Origin: Candidatus Collierbacteria bacterium GW2011_GWC2_44_18
GTDB taxonomy: Bacteria > Patescibacteriota > Microgenomatia > UBA1400 > MFAQ01
Assembly (NCBI GenBank): GCA_001000865.1
Contig: LCIE01000002.1
Coordinates: 32,992 to 96,991 of the forward strand
Direction: 5' to 3'
Length of the DNA: 64,000 nt
Positions within the stretch are counted from its first letter, which is position 1. The number at the start of each line of letters is the position of its first letter. The notes beneath the pieces are model-generated. The model was not told the DNA's origin. It made no database searches and saw nothing but the letters and a program-made list of their open reading frames with translations. The position numbers were made by a program, and so were the translations under genes. This document shows positions 19,480-30,498 of the stretch, piece by piece.

Positions 19480-20046
19480 ATGTTCGTCTTTCAAGGACAT
19501 CAAATCGTCTCATTGCTTGGCACTTTAGTCATGGTGGTGTGGTTCATTCTACCCCTGATCTTCAAAAAGCTGAAGATCATGCCTAAGATCGGGCGTGGAA
19601 TGAAGTTCCGGGATTATTTCTGGGTGTATGCGTATGCCCTGTTGATCCCGAACTCCACATACGCCTTCTTTGAACTTCGGCACCTAATCTTCATCGATCA
19701 CGTTGCCGATGTTCTGACTCCCTCTTCCTTCATGGTTTTTGGAAGCATTTCTTTGATCGGCCTCCTGACAACGATCTGGGGAATTCGGCTGGTGGTGGAC
19801 TATTATGCTAAATCCAAGATGGAGCGAGTCGTTTACACACTTGCTCTTTCTCTAATCTGTGGCTTCGGGGCCGTGATCGGCCTCCTGGACTTCGCCAGTT
19901 TCTCTGCAGTTCTCTTCCCTCCGGTTTTGATTCTCATCGCCATTGTATTGCTTGGGCATCCGTTCCTCATCCGGGTCGCCCTGGTCACGGCTACGTTTCT
20001 ATTTTTTCTGAATCTCCTTCTCGACTGCTTTCAAAAACCCACCTAA
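19480..20046 (+). CDS. Multi-pass membrane protein (DUF1361-like)
   Basis: LLIPNSTYAFFELRHL resembles the DUF1361 PNxxY..DxxH motif; about 5 TM; terminator 20033-20064. Confidence 0.55.
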   Translation: MFVFQGHQIVSLLGTLVMVVWFILPLIFKKLKIMPKIGRGMKFRDYFWVYAYALLIPNSTYAFFELRHLIFIDHVADVLTPSSFMVFGSISLIGLLTTIWGIRLVVDYYAKSKMERVVYTLALSLICGFGAVIGLLDFASFSAVLFPPVLILIAIVLLGHPFLIRVALVTATFLFFLNLLLDCFQKPT

Positions 20047-20188
20047 CAGTGGGTTTTTCTTTTTGTGATAAGCTCTTTGAATTTTATTTTGAGTTCGCTA
20101 TATGCTACAATTAGCCTCGTGAATATCTCTCCATTATCGGAGAGGTTTTGTTCGCCTATAACTAATAAATAATAACCAACAACTCAAA

Positions 20189-22312
20189 ATGGCCGCTCCT
20201 ACCGGAAAAAAAGTCCCTCTAGACCGTGTTAGAAACACGGGTATTATCGCGCACATCGATGCAGGCAAAACCACCACTACCGAACGTATCCTTTTCTATA
20301 CCGGAAAGTCTTACAAGATAGGCGATATTGATGAAGGCAACACCCAAATGGACTGGATGGAGCAGGAAAAAGAGCGCGGTATTACCATCGTTTCCGCCGC
20401 TACCACCGCCTTCTGGACACCAGTACTCCCCCATGCCCGTTTCAAAGAAGAACACCGTTTCAATATCATTGATACTCCCGGCCACGTCGATTTTACCGCC
20501 GAAGTCGAGCGCTCTCTCCGTGTTCTCGATGGGGGAGTCATCGTTCTTGACGCTGGCTCCGGTGTCCAATCTCAAACCGAAACTGTCTGGCGCCAAGCGG
20601 ATAAATATAAAGTACCCCGCATCGCTTTTATCAACAAAATGGATGTTTTGGGTGCCGATTACATGGCTACCATCAAAGACGTTCATGAAAAGTTAGGTGC
20701 CAAAACTGCCGTTATGGCTCTTCCCTTAGGTGTCGAAAACACCTTCCGTGGTATCGTTATGCTTCTTGAAAGACAAACCATTGTTTGGAAAGGTGACGAA
20801 ACTGGTGCGTTATATGAAGTGACTGAAGGTTTTCCCGAAGACATGAAGGACGAATGTGAGCTGGAACGCGCCAAACTTATTGAATCCATCGTCGAGTTCG
20901 ATGAGGCTCTCATGGGAGAGTATTTGGAAGGTAAGGAGCCAGCTATGGAAGCCCTCAAAAGTGCCCTTCGTGTAGCTACCTGCGCCAATCTTATTGTCCC
21001 CGTTTTTCCCGGCTCTTCCCTCCGAAACAAAGGCGTCCAGCCTCTTCTAGATGCTGTTGTTGATTTTCTGCCCTCACCTATAGACAAGCCCACCATCACC
21101 GGTATCAATCCTGAAACCAACGAAGAAGTTACCCGCAAAGCTGATCCTGGTGAGCCATTTTCCGGTTTAGCTTTCAAAATTCAAGCCGACCCTCATGTTG
21201 GTAAGCTCACTTATGTTCGTGTTTATTCAGGCAAAATTACCTCCGGTACTTTTGTCTACAACGCCAGTAAACACGAACGCGAACGCCTCGGTCGTTTGAT
21301 GCTCATGCATGCCAACACCCGTGAGGAAGTATCCGAAGCCAGTGCCGGAGAAATTGTTGGTATTGTCGGTCTCAAATCCACCAAAACTGGCGACACTCTT
21401 TGTGATGAAAACAAACCCCTGGTTCTGGAATCCATCAACTTCCCTGATCCGGTTATCTCTCTGGCTATCGAACCTAAGACCAAGGCTGATCAAGAAAAAC
21501 TAGATCTGGCTCTTGGCCGTCTGGCTGAAGAAGATCCTACTTTTAGAATCAAAACCGACCATGAGACTGGGCAAACCGTTATCGCCGGCATGGGCGAACT
21601 CCACCTCGAAATTTTGGTCGACCGTCTCCGTCGTGAATTCAAAGTTGAGGCGACCACTGGTGCCCCTCAAGTTGCCTATCGTGAGACTATTACCAAGTTT
21701 GCCAAAGGCGAAGGTAAATATATCCGTCAGTCTGGTGGACGCGGTCAGTATGGTCACTGCATTTTGGAAGTCACCCCCAAACCCCGTGGCGAAGGCTTCA
21801 CCTTCACCAACAAAATCGTTGGTGGTTCTATCCCTAAAGAATTCATTTCTCCCATTGAAAAAGGAGTTCGTGAAGCCTTGGACAATGGTATTATCGCCGG
21901 TTTTCAGATGGTGGACCTTGATGTAGCTGTTGTCGATGGAAGTTTCCACGAAGTCGATTCCTCCGAAATGTCTTTCAAGATCGCTGGTTCTATGGCAGTC
22001 CAAGACGCGGTCAAGAATGCTTCTCCGGTAATTCTCGAACCAATTATGAAGGTGGAGGTTACTACTCCTGAAGGTAATATGGGTGACATTATTGGTGATC
22101 TATCTTCTCGCCGCGCCCAAATCGCCGGTACTGCTCAGCGTGGCAATGCCCGTGTTATTACTGCTACAGTCCCGTTATCAGAGCTTTCAGCCTATGCTAC
22201 TGCCATCCGTTCTCTAACTGCCGGGCGGGCCTCATATTATATGGAGCCATCACATTATCAAGATCTTCCAAACAGTTTGGCCGCCAAACTATTGAAATCT
22301 CCGACAAATTAG
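20189..22312 (+). CDS. fusA: Elongation factor G
   Basis: [21 protein letters not shown]. Confidence 0.99.
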   Translation: MAAPTGKKVPLDRVRNTGIIAHIDAGKTTTTERILFYTGKSYKIGDIDEGNTQMDWMEQEKERGITIVSAATTAFWTPVLPHARFKEEHRFNIIDTPGHVDFTAEVERSLRVLDGGVIVLDAGSGVQSQTETVWRQADKYKVPRIAFINKMDVLGADYMATIKDVHEKLGAKTAVMALPLGVENTFRGIVMLLERQTIVWKGDETGALYEVTEGFPEDMKDECELERAKLIESIVEFDEALMGEYLEGKEPAMEALKSALRVATCANLIVPVFPGSSLRNKGVQPLLDAVVDFLPSPIDKPTITGINPETNEEVTRKADPGEPFSGLAFKIQADPHVGKLTYVRVYSGKITSGTFVYNASKHERERLGRLMLMHANTREEVSEASAGEIVGIVGLKSTKTGDTLCDENKPLVLESINFPDPVISLAIEPKTKADQEKLDLALGRLAEEDPTFRIKTDHETGQTVIAGMGELHLEILVDRLRREFKVEATTGAPQVAYRETITKFAKGEGKYIRQSGGRGQYGHCILEVTPKPRGEGFTFTNKIVGGSIPKEFISPIEKGVREALDNGIIAGFQMVDLDVAVVDGSFHEVDSSEMSFKIAGSMAVQDAVKNASPVILEPIMKVEVTTPEGNMGDIIGDLSSRRAQIAGTAQRGNARVITATVPLSELSAYATAIRSLTAGRASYYMEPSHYQDLPNSLAAKLLKSPTN

Positions 22313-22382
22313 GATAAAATCTGCTAAAATAAATAGGCTCGAAAAACAGTAATTACCAAATATATAAAAATAATTAACAAAA

Positions 22383-23558
22383 ATGGCTACTTATCAAAGA
22401 AATAAACCCCACGTTAACATCGGCACCATTGGTCACGTCGATCATGGCAAGACCACTCTTACTGCCGCTATTACCACCACACTCGCGACTCAGGGTTTAG
22501 CTGAGGCACTTCCTTTTGATCAAATTGATAAATCCCCGGAAGAAAGAGAGCGTGGAGTTACTATTCAGATTTCTCACGTTCCTTACGAAACCAAGAAACG
22601 TCACTACGCCCACATCGACTGCCCCGGCCACCGCGATTATATCAAGAACATGATTACTGGTGCCGCTCAGATGGATGGTGCAATTCTAGTTGTAGCTGCT
22701 ACTGACGGCCCTATGCCTCAAACTAATGAGCATTTACTCTTAGCTCATCAGGTGAATGTCCCTCGTCTCGTCGTTGCGTTAAATAAATGCGATGCCGTAG
22801 ATGACCCAGAACTTCTTGAGTTGGTCGAGATGGAGATCCGCGAGAAACTAAAGAAATATGGTTTCGAAGAAGACACCCCCATCATTCGCGTTTCTGCCCT
22901 CAAAGCCCTTGAAGGCGACAAAGATGCCCAGGCAGGCATTATGAAACTAATGGACACCGTCGACGAATGGATTCCAGATCCAGTTCGTGAGCTTGATAAG
23001 CCTTTCCTTATGCCAGTCGAAGACGTTTTCTCCATCAAAGGCCGCGGAACCGTAGTTACTGGACGTATTGAAACCGGCGTCATCAAAGTAGGTGAAGAAA
23101 TCGAAATCGTTGGAATAAAACCTACCGCCAAGTCCGTCGTCACTGGAGTGGAAATGTTCCACCAACAGCTCGAACAGGGTCAAGCGGGTGATAACGTTGG
23201 TCTTCTGCTGAGAGGTATCGAAAAAGATGACGTTCAAAGAGGTCAGGTTTTGGCCAAAACTGGATCTATCAAGCCTCACACAAAGTTCGAAGCCGAAGCC
23301 TATATCTTAGGTAAAGACGAAGGTGGCCGCCACAGCCCAATGTTCTCTGGTTACAAGCCTCAATTCTTTATCCGCACCACTGATGTAACTGGTGAGGTGA
23401 AGCTCGCAGAGGGAGTCGAGATGATCATGCCTGGTGACAACGCCAAAATGACTGTCGAACTTATTCAGCCCATCGCCATGACAGAGGGCCAACGCTTCGC
23501 TATCCGCGAAGGTGGTTTGACCGTCGGTGCTGGAGCCATTACCAAAGTGATCGCCTAA
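22383..23558 (+). CDS. tuf: Elongation factor Tu
   Basis: [18 protein letters not shown]. Confidence 0.99.
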   Translation: MATYQRNKPHVNIGTIGHVDHGKTTLTAAITTTLATQGLAEALPFDQIDKSPEERERGVTIQISHVPYETKKRHYAHIDCPGHRDYIKNMITGAAQMDGAILVVAATDGPMPQTNEHLLLAHQVNVPRLVVALNKCDAVDDPELLELVEMEIREKLKKYGFEEDTPIIRVSALKALEGDKDAQAGIMKLMDTVDEWIPDPVRELDKPFLMPVEDVFSIKGRGTVVTGRIETGVIKVGEEIEIVGIKPTAKSVVTGVEMFHQQLEQGQAGDNVGLLLRGIEKDDVQRGQVLAKTGSIKPHTKFEAEAYILGKDEGGRHSPMFSGYKPQFFIRTTDVTGEVKLAEGVEMIMPGDNAKMTVELIQPIAMTEGQRFAIREGGLTVGAGAITKVIA

Positions 23559-23595
23559 AGCAAAGTTTTATTTAGCACCTTTATTCTTCTTAGTT

Positions 23596-23907
23596 ATGAC
23601 AGACCAACCACGCATTCGCGTCAAACTCAAGTCATTTGACCACCGTGTCATTGACGAAGCCGCCAAAAAAATTATTCAGGCAGCTCTTGTCTCAGGCGCC
23701 CAGGTGGTTGGTCCCGTCCCCCTGCCCACTAAGAAGAAGGTTATTGTCGTTACCGCTTCTCCTCACACGGACAAAGACTCGCGCGAGCAGTTTGCCATTC
23801 TTACTCACAAGAGGCTTATCGATATCGTTAATCCAACCAATAAAACCATTGACTCGCTTCAACATCTCGATCTTCCCGCCGGTGTCGGCATCGAAATTAA
23901 GATGTAA
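23596..23907 (+). CDS. rpsJ: 30S ribosomal protein S10
   Basis: [19 protein letters not shown]. Confidence 0.97.
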   Translation: MTDQPRIRVKLKSFDHRVIDEAAKKIIQAALVSGAQVVGPVPLPTKKKVIVVTASPHTDKDSREQFAILTHKRLIDIVNPTNKTIDSLQHLDLPAGVGIEIKM

Positions 23908-24012
23908 GTCCATGCCGAAAACTTTAAATTATTAAAAAAACTGCCCGCACCGTTTTCGGAGTCCCCGAAATCCGGGGGCGTTTTTTAGGGTTAATACCCA
24001 TTATAAAAAAAC

Positions 24013-24576
24013 ATGTTAAACCAAGTATACGCAACCAAAAAGAGCATGACTCAGGCCTTCGTAGAAGGTAAGCGGATCCCCTTGACCGTTCTGACGGTGT
24101 CTCCTCACGTGGTTATTAGAAACAAATCCGTCGAACAAGACGGCTACTCATCGGTGGTCCTTACTGTCGGTGCCAAGGACTCGCACGAAATCCTTTCGGA
24201 AGAAATTATTGAGGCTAAAACAGAGCTGAACCTTTCGGAAATTTTGATCCCCGGCACCATCATCGACGCCACCGCCACCTCAAAAGGCAAAGGTACCTCC
24301 GGTGTCATGAAACGCTGGAATTTTGCCGGAGGTCCTCGGACTCACGGTCAGTCAGATCGAGAGCGCGCACCTGGATCAATTGGTAGAGGAACCACCCCCG
24401 GTCGGGTTTTGCCTGGTACTCACATGGCCGGACATATGGGCAACACCAATACCCATATCAGAAACCTCAAGATTCACTCTTTCGATCCTTCCACCGGCAT
24501 TCTTCAAGTTACCGGTTGCATTCCAGGTGGCCGAGGAGCCACCACTTTGATTACTGTCAGTAAGCTAAACAAATAA
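24013..24576 (+). CDS. rplC: 50S ribosomal protein L3 (short)
   Basis: SKGKG..GVMKRWNF.GGPRTHG, MAGHMG. Confidence 0.95.
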   Translation: MLNQVYATKKSMTQAFVEGKRIPLTVLTVSPHVVIRNKSVEQDGYSSVVLTVGAKDSHEILSEEIIEAKTELNLSEILIPGTIIDATATSKGKGTSGVMKRWNFAGGPRTHGQSDRERAPGSIGRGTTPGRVLPGTHMAGHMGNTNTHIRNLKIHSFDPSTGILQVTGCIPGGRGATTLITVSKLNK

Positions 24577-24577
24577 T

Positions 24578-25177
24578 ATGGCCACCAAAAAAGCAATCAC
24601 TGCTACCAGTCAAGATCTCTCCGTCTTTTCTATTGAAGTCAATCCCTTACTGCTTGCCCAGGCGATTCACGTTTATCAAGAAAACAGTCATCGGGGTGTA
24701 TCAAAAACCAAGACCAGAGGAGAGATCAATGCCACCAAGAAAAAAGTCTACAAACAAAAAGGTACCGGTAACGCTCGTCATGGTGCCAAATCCGCACCTC
24801 TTTATGTCGGTGGAGGTGTTCCCTTCGGCCCCACCGGTCTCAAGTCTGCCCCCATGTCCCTAAACCAGAAGATGAAGTCCAAAGCCCTCATCGGCATGTT
24901 ATCCCACTACCAAAAAGAAAATCGAATTACTTTGATTGATTCCTCTGAAATCAAGGATTTGTCCACCAGGTCTGCTCTCGGGGTTTTGGGAAAGAGTGAG
25001 GCAGCTTTTGTCTACTTCAATGAGAAACCAGCTATCTTGAAAGCTGTTAGCAATCTCGAAAACATCATTATGCTGTCAGCCAGACGCCTCAATGCCTTTA
25101 CTGTTGCCAGCTCACCCAAACTTTTTTTAACCGCCGCCGCTTACGATCACTTAGTTACTCGTTTGAAACTTATCTAA
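24578..25177 (+). CDS. rplD: 50S ribosomal protein L4
   Basis: TKTRGE, QKGTGNARHG. Confidence 0.95.
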   Translation: MATKKAITATSQDLSVFSIEVNPLLLAQAIHVYQENSHRGVSKTKTRGEINATKKKVYKQKGTGNARHGAKSAPLYVGGGVPFGPTGLKSAPMSLNQKMKSKALIGMLSHYQKENRITLIDSSEIKDLSTRSALGVLGKSEAAFVYFNEKPAILKAVSNLENIIMLSARRLNAFTVASSPKLFLTAAAYDHLVTRLKLI

Positions 25178-25178
25178 T

Positions 25179-25487
25179 ATGTCTACTCCTTTAATTCATC
25201 AAAACACCATCATCAAGCCGGTCGTCACCGAGAAAAGTTATTCGCTTGCTTCTCAGGACAAGTATGTTTTTCAGGTTGATCCCGCCGCGAGCAAGTACCA
25301 AATTAAGAAAGCCGTCGAAGACCTCTTTAAAGTCAATGTCCTTTCTATCAACACGGTCAAACATGCTGCCAGAACCATCCGCTCCGCCAAAACCGGCCGT
25401 CACATTTCCCTTCCCGTCGACAAAAAGGCGATCGTACGTATCAAAAAAGGCCAGAAGATCGAAGTTTTTAACGCTCTAAAGTCATAA
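25179..25487 (+). CDS. rplW: 50S ribosomal protein L23
   Basis: PVVTEKS, KYQIKKAVE.LF.V.V. Confidence 0.95.
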   Translation: MSTPLIHQNTIIKPVVTEKSYSLASQDKYVFQVDPAASKYQIKKAVEDLFKVNVLSINTVKHAARTIRSAKTGRHISLPVDKKAIVRIKKGQKIEVFNALKS

Positions 25488-25492
25488 ATACT

Positions 25493-26248
25493 ATGAAAAC
25501 TACACTCAAAAGACTAGTTTCCTTGAATCCCAAGTCCTCCGGACGCAATTCTTCTGGTAAAATAACAGTCCGACATCAAGGTGGTCGCCAGAAACGTTTT
25601 CTGCGTCACATTGACTGGAAAAGATCTCTTACTCTACCTGCCCGGGTTGACGCTATTCAGTATGATCCAAATCGTACTTCAGACATTGCCCTTTTAGTTT
25701 ATGCCAATGGAGTCAAGGATTATATCCTTGCCCCTCAAAACCTTAAAATTGGAGACTCCGTCATTTTTTCGGAAACAGCTGAAATTAAGGCTGGCAACTG
25801 TCTGCCTCTAAAAAATATCCCTATCGGAATTGAAATTCATAATTTGGAAATCACTCCCGGCAAAGGTGCACAAATGGTTCGCAGTGCCGGTAATACTGCC
25901 ACAGTCCAAAGCAAAGAAGCTAACATCGTCGTGGTCAAACTTCCTTCCGGTGAAATCCGTCAGTTCGATGGTAATTGTCGAGCTACCATTGGCAGTCTCA
26001 GCAATCCTCACCATAAGGAAGAAATCCTTGGTAAGGCTGGCCGAAAGCGCCACATGGGTGTAAGACCCACTGTTAGAGGCGTGGCTCAGGATCCCCGTTC
26101 CCATCCCCACGGTGGCGGTGAAGGTCGTTCCGGAATTGGTATGAAGTCTCCCAAATCTCCTTGGGGCAAGAGGACTCTTGGCAAACGTACCAGAGACCGC
26201 AAAAAATACAGTAATAAACATATTATCAAACATCGTTACGCAAAATAA
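25493..26248 (+). CDS. rplB: 50S ribosomal protein L2 (N-terminally short)
   Basis: GRNSSGKITVRHQGG, HPHGGGEGR. Confidence 0.97.
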   Translation: MKTTLKRLVSLNPKSSGRNSSGKITVRHQGGRQKRFLRHIDWKRSLTLPARVDAIQYDPNRTSDIALLVYANGVKDYILAPQNLKIGDSVIFSETAEIKAGNCLPLKNIPIGIEIHNLEITPGKGAQMVRSAGNTATVQSKEANIVVVKLPSGEIRQFDGNCRATIGSLSNPHHKEEILGKAGRKRHMGVRPTVRGVAQDPRSHPHGGGEGRSGIGMKSPKSPWGKRTLGKRTRDRKKYSNKHIIKHRYAK

Positions 26249-26263
26249 TTTAATTAAATCATC

Positions 26264-26548
26264 ATGTCCAGAAGTTCAATAAAAGGACCATTCGTAGACG
26301 AAAAGCTCATTGCAAAAATTGAGCGTCTTAAAGTGACTGGAAAGAAAGAACCCATCAAAACCTGGTCCAGAAGTAGCCAAATTCCACCAGAGTTCGTTGG
26401 CTTTACCTTCGCGGTCCACAATGGCAAAATTTTCAAAGAAGTTTTTATTACCGAAGACATGGTTGGTCATCGTCTTGGTGAGTTCTCTTTAACCAGGAAC
26501 TTTCGCGGACACGGCCGCATTGTTAAGAGAGTCTTATCCAAAACTTAA
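26264..26548 (+). CDS. rpsS: 30S ribosomal protein S19
   Basis: [21 protein letters not shown]. Confidence 0.97.
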   Translation: MSRSSIKGPFVDEKLIAKIERLKVTGKKEPIKTWSRSSQIPPEFVGFTFAVHNGKIFKEVFITEDMVGHRLGEFSLTRNFRGHGRIVKRVLSKT

Positions 26549-26554
26549 AGCTCT

Positions 26555-27040
26555 ATGGTCAATAAAATTACCAAACAACTCGTCATTGCCAAAGCCAGCC
26601 ACGTACTTTCTTCACCGAGAAAGACGAATCTTGTTCTTAAAGCCATCGTTGGTCGTCCCGCATTATTGGCCATCAAACAGCTCACTGTAAATACCAAAAG
26701 AGCCGGTAAGCCGATCATCCAGCTCATCCAGCAGGCGGTGGGGAACGCTGTCTCACAATTTCAAGCCTCTCCTGACAGTCTCATCATCGATTCTGCCTTC
26801 GCTACCAAAGGTCGTGTTCTCAAGCGCGCTCATATCGGTGGCCGTGGCCGCACCAAACCGTACGAAAGAACTACTTCACATCTGACCCTCTCTGTAAGAA
26901 TTCCCTCGACCAAGGTTTCCACGCCCGTCATTGCGAGGAGCAAGGGCGACGCGGCAATCCCCGCCATCGAGGAACCGAAGAGTGTTAAGAAAGTCTCTAC
27001 CACCAAAAAAGTCATCAAACCTACCAACAAATCAAAATAA
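26555..27040 (+). CDS. rplV: 50S ribosomal protein L22 with C-terminal extension containing a repeat
   Basis: SPRK, GRGR..Y..TSHLT; operon position. Confidence 0.93.
   Translation: MVNKITKQLVIAKASHVLSSPRKTNLVLKAIVGRPALLAIKQLTVNTKRAGKPIIQLIQQAVGNAVSQFQASPDSLIIDSAFATKGRVLKRAHIGGRGRTKPYERTTSHLTLSVRIPSTKVSTPVIARSKGDAAIPAIEEPKSVKKVSTTKKVIKPTNKSK
26927..26959 (+). repeat. Family A palindrome inside rplV (encodes VIARSKGDAAI)
   Basis: gtcattgcgaggagcaagggcgacgcggcaatc. Confidence 0.85.
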
Positions 27041-27042
27041 CC

Positions 27043-27696
27043 ATGGGAAAAAAAGTTAATCCAATTGCCTTCAGAACCGGGTATATCTTCCCGACCAAAT
27101 CAGTTTGGTTTGCTAATTTCCATAGCTATGCCAAGTTTGTATTGGAGGATAACAAAATCAGGCGTTTCTTGGAAAACAAACTTAAGCTTGCCGGTATAAC
27201 GAGCATCGAGATCAAACGTTCCATCAACTCGGTTGACATTTACATGAATGTATCTCGTCCTGGAGTGGTCATTGGCCGCGGAGGGTCTTCATTGGAGATT
27301 CTCAAAAAAGATCTCGAAAAACTTCTTCGTATAGACCCCAAGGCCAAAAACGCCGTCAAGATCAATCTTCACCCACTTGAAATCAAGAGTCCCGACACAA
27401 ATGCTTCCATTATCGCCGACCGTCTTATTGGTCAGCTCGAACATCGCTATCCTTTCCGTCGTGCCGCCAATCAAGCCATTGAAAAGGTTATGGCTGCTGG
27501 AGCCAAAGGGGTCAAGCTAGTTTTTGCGGGCCGTATCGACGGAGCCGAAATTGCCAGAACCGAAAAATTCAAACAAGGACGTATTCCCACTCAAACCCTG
27601 CGCGCCAACATCGACTACATTGAGAAAAAAGCCCTCACTCGTTCTGGTTATGTCGGCATCAAAGTCTGGATTTATACCGGCGACATCATTAGCTAA
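27043..27696 (+). CDS. rpsC: 30S ribosomal protein S3
   Basis: MGKKVNPIAFR, GRIDGAEIARTE, GIKVWI. Confidence 0.97.
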   Translation: MGKKVNPIAFRTGYIFPTKSVWFANFHSYAKFVLEDNKIRRFLENKLKLAGITSIEIKRSINSVDIYMNVSRPGVVIGRGGSSLEILKKDLEKLLRIDPKAKNAVKINLHPLEIKSPDTNASIIADRLIGQLEHRYPFRRAANQAIEKVMAAGAKGVKLVFAGRIDGAEIARTEKFKQGRIPTQTLRANIDYIEKKALTRSGYVGIKVWIYTGDIIS

Positions 27697-27709
27697 TAAA
27701 CATCACTCT

Positions 27710-27734
27710 GTCATTCCGAGCTTGACCCGGAATC
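27710..27734 (+). repeat. Family A' palindrome
   Basis: gtcattccgagcttgacccggaatc. Confidence 0.8.
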
Positions 27735-27752
27735 CAGGAAAATAAAAAACAT

Positions 27753-28166
27753 ATGTTACAACCAGCCAGACGCAAATACAGAAAAGAGTTTAGAGGTAGT
27801 ATGGGTGGCGTGGCCACTCGCACCAACGAGCTTTCCTATGGAGACTTCGGTATCAAGACTCTTGAAAGTGGTTGGCTCTCAGCCAATGAGATTGAATCGG
27901 CTCGCCGAACCATTACTCACCACACCAAACGTGTGGGGAAGTTCTTCTTGAGGGTTTTTCCACACAAGCCCATTGGTCACAAAACCCCTGGTGCACGTAT
28001 GGGTTCTGGAAAGTCCGATGTCAGCGGTTACGTCGCAGTTGCGAAACCCGGTCAAATCTTAATGGAGCTCTCCGGGGTTTCTAGAGAAGTCGCCGCGGAA
28101 GCCATCCGTCTTGCCGGTCACAAGCTCTCAGTTAAAACTAAATTTGTCGAAAAAGAAAATGCCTAA
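27753..28166 (+). CDS. rplP: 50S ribosomal protein L16
   Basis: MLQP.R.KYRK, RMGSGK. Confidence 0.97.
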   Translation: MLQPARRKYRKEFRGSMGGVATRTNELSYGDFGIKTLESGWLSANEIESARRTITHHTKRVGKFFLRVFPHKPIGHKTPGARMGSGKSDVSGYVAVAKPGQILMELSGVSREVAAEAIRLAGHKLSVKTKFVEKENA

Positions 28167-28335
28167 ATCAAAATCAGAAAACACCATGACTCTTGAAGAG
28201 CTAAAGATCAAGCTGTCCAATATCAAGCTAAATATTCGCTCTGGGCAAGAAAAGAATACCAATGCCCACAAGAAGACCAAAGTTCAAATTGCCCAACTAT
28301 TATCCAAGAAACAACAACCAATAACCAAAAACTAA
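28159..28335 (+). CDS. rpmC: 50S ribosomal protein L29 (divergent)
   Basis: Position between rplP and rpsQ; GQEKNT..KKTK..IAQL pattern. Confidence 0.8.
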   Translation: MPKSKSENTMTLEELKIKLSNIKLNIRSGQEKNTNAHKKTKVQIAQLLSKKQQPITKN

Positions 28336-28336
28336 A

Positions 28337-28561
28337 ATGAAACACCTTCTAGGCATGGTCAAAAGTGACAAAAACACTAAAACCGCCATTGTTGACGTTA
28401 CCAGTTTTAAAGTCCACCCCAAATATCTCAAACGCATCAAGGTGAACAAATCATTTGCTGTTCAAAACGATATGGATGCCAAAGTCGGTAACCGTGTACG
28501 CATTGAAGAAACTCGGCCAATTAGTAAAACCAAACACTGGAAAATCACTAAAATTATATGA
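28337..28561 (+). CDS. rpsQ: 30S ribosomal protein S17
   Basis: [17 protein letters not shown]. Confidence 0.95.
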   Translation: MKHLLGMVKSDKNTKTAIVDVTSFKVHPKYLKRIKVNKSFAVQNDMDAKVGNRVRIEETRPISKTKHWKITKII

Positions 28562-28932
28562 TTCAACTAAGATCCGTTCTCAAAGTAGCTGACAACTCTG
28601 GAGCCAAAAAAATCAAGGTCATTTTAGTTCATGGTGGTTCTCACCGTCGTTTTGGCCACATTGGTGATATTGTTACGGCCGCCGTCGAGGGTGCTGATAC
28701 CAATGGCACTGTCAAAGACAAACAAGTAGTCAAAGCCGTCGTTGTCCGTACTCGCAAAGAGACACGTCGGCAAGACGGAACCTATGTCCGTTTTGATGAT
28801 AATGCTGCTGTTATTATTGATTCGATTGCCGGCAAACTACCTTTGGGTACTCGTATTTTTGGTCCCATTGCTCGTGAGGTCAAAGATGCCGGATTTGCCA
28901 AGATCGCCTCTCTAGCCCCCGAAGTCGTCTAA
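28558..28932 (+). CDS. rplN: 50S ribosomal protein L14
   Basis: [22 protein letters not shown]. Confidence 0.98.
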   Translation: MIQLRSVLKVADNSGAKKIKVILVHGGSHRRFGHIGDIVTAAVEGADTNGTVKDKQVVKAVVVRTRKETRRQDGTYVRFDDNAAVIIDSIAGKLPLGTRIFGPIAREVKDAGFAKIASLAPEVV

Positions 28933-28940
28933 AATACATC

Positions 28941-28975
28941 GTCATTGCGCGTCTCGTACTCGAGCCAAAGCAATC
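28941..28975 (+). repeat. Family A palindrome
   Basis: gtcattgcgcgtctcgtactcgagccaaagcaatc. Confidence 0.8.
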
Positions 28976-29001
28976 TCAAACAAATAAACCACAAAAAGAA
29001 T

Positions 29002-29325
29002 ATGTTCAAATTCAAAATCAACGACACTGTTCAAATTACTGCCGGCAAAGATAAAGGCCGTTCCGGTAAGATCATCAAGGTTCTGCCTACCGACCAAAAA
29101 GTTTTGGTAGAAGGTATCAATCTTTACAAAAAGCATATCAAGCCCAAAGGTAACGAAGCAGGTACCATTCTCACCCTGCCCAGAGCCATCTCCGTCGCCT
29201 CGGTTGCCCTAATTTGTCCCAGCTGCAGCAAACCAACCAGAGTCGGCTTCGATGCCTCGCAAACCCCTAAAGTTAGAGTCTGTCACAAATGCCGCCAAAT
29301 TATCAGTTCTGTAACCAAAAAATGA
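29002..29325 (+). CDS. rplX: 50S ribosomal protein L24
   Basis: KOW motif DTVQITAGKDKGRSG. Confidence 0.95.
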   Translation: MFKFKINDTVQITAGKDKGRSGKIIKVLPTDQKVLVEGINLYKKHIKPKGNEAGTILTLPRAISVASVALICPSCSKPTRVGFDASQTPKVRVCHKCRQIISSVTKK

Positions 29326-29870
29326 CACAAACTCTCAAAGAAACATATCTAAAGGAAATTCGTCCCTCTCTACAAAAAGAGTTAGGTGTTACTTCCATCG
29401 AGGCTGTACCCAAGGTTATTAAGATCACAGTGAATACTGGCTCCAAAGATTTCAAGACCGACAAGGAACTTCTGACCAAGACCAAAGACTGGATGGGAAA
29501 AATCACCGGACAGGCTCCCCTAGAGACCAAATCCCGTTCCAGTATTGCCGCTTTCAATCTTCGTGAGGGTGAGGTTGTCGGTCTCAAGGTCACCCTCAGA
29601 GGCAATCGCATGTACGATTTTCTTCAAAAGTTAATTTCGGTCGTCCTACCCCGTCTTAAAGACTTTCAGGGGATTTCTCAGACCACCTTTGACAAAAGCG
29701 GCAACTACACTATCGGTTTCCCCGAACAGATAGTGTTTCCTGAGGTGGAATATGATAAAATCGGGAGGATTCAAGGGCTAGAAGTTACTATTTCCACCAG
29801 CGCGAAGGACCCCAAAACATCTTTGATGCTCCTCCGGGCCTTAGGCATGCCTTTTACCAAAGATGCCTAA
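29322..29870 (+). CDS. rplE: 50S ribosomal protein L5
   Basis: ITGQ.P, KVTLRG.RMY.FL, FPE. Confidence 0.97.
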   Translation: MTQTLKETYLKEIRPSLQKELGVTSIEAVPKVIKITVNTGSKDFKTDKELLTKTKDWMGKITGQAPLETKSRSSIAAFNLREGEVVGLKVTLRGNRMYDFLQKLISVVLPRLKDFQGISQTTFDKSGNYTIGFPEQIVFPEVEYDKIGRIQGLEVTISTSAKDPKTSLMLLRALGMPFTKDA

Positions 29871-29914
29871 CAAAAATACGTGACACTGTGTCACTGTGAC
29901 ACCTAAATACAAAA

Positions 29915-30100
29915 ATGGCTAAAAAAAGCAAAATCGCTAAATCAATTAAACTCGCCGGTCACTCCACCCGAGATCACCGCCGATGTCAGCTTTGTGGCAG
30001 ACCTCGTGGTGTTATCCGCATCTTTGGGCTCTGCCGTCTCTGTTTCAGAGAAATGGCCCACAGAGGTGAACTTCCCGGTGTTTTCAAAATGTCAAAATAA
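29915..30100 (+). CDS. rpsN: 30S ribosomal protein S14, Zn-binding type Z
   Basis: [22 protein letters not shown]. Confidence 0.95.
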   Translation: MAKKSKIAKSIKLAGHSTRDHRRCQLCGRPRGVIRIFGLCRLCFREMAHRGELPGVFKMSK

Positions 30101-30101
30101 T

Positions 30102-30491
30102 ATGGACACTACCGCAGATTTTCTTACTATCATTAGAAACGGCTACTTAGCCAAAAAGGATATCGTCGTTACTGATTCCTCCAAAATCAGAGAACAACTT
30201 GTCAAGATTTTGAAATCCGAAGCCTTTATCGAGGATTATTCCATCGAAGAGGCAAAACCGGTCAGTAAAATTATTATTACCCTCAGATACTTCGAAAAAG
30301 GACTTCCTGCCGTAACAGGCATCAAAAAAATCAGTAAACCGAGCGTCAGAATCTACTCAGGTTTCAGTAAAATTCCTCAGGTTCTTTCCGGCGCCGGCAC
30401 CACCATTGTCTCTACCTCTTCCGGTCTAATGACCGGCAAGATAGCCAAAGAAAAACACCTAGGTGGCGAAGTTATTTGTCAAATTTGGTAA
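30102..30491 (+). CDS. rpsH: 30S ribosomal protein S8
   Basis: D..ADFLT.IRN, ISKP..RIY, GGEVIC.IW. Confidence 0.96.
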   Translation: MDTTADFLTIIRNGYLAKKDIVVTDSSKIREQLVKILKSEAFIEDYSIEEAKPVSKIIITLRYFEKGLPAVTGIKKISKPSVRIYSGFSKIPQVLSGAGTTIVSTSSGLMTGKIAKEKHLGGEVICQIW

Positions 30492-30498
30492 AAAACAT

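Noticed and set aside
22617-22650. EF-Tu DCPGHRDY (eEF1A-like Arg) as evidence of archaeal origin
   Set aside because: It is a single substitution; the rest is typical bacterial EF-Tu in native synteny.
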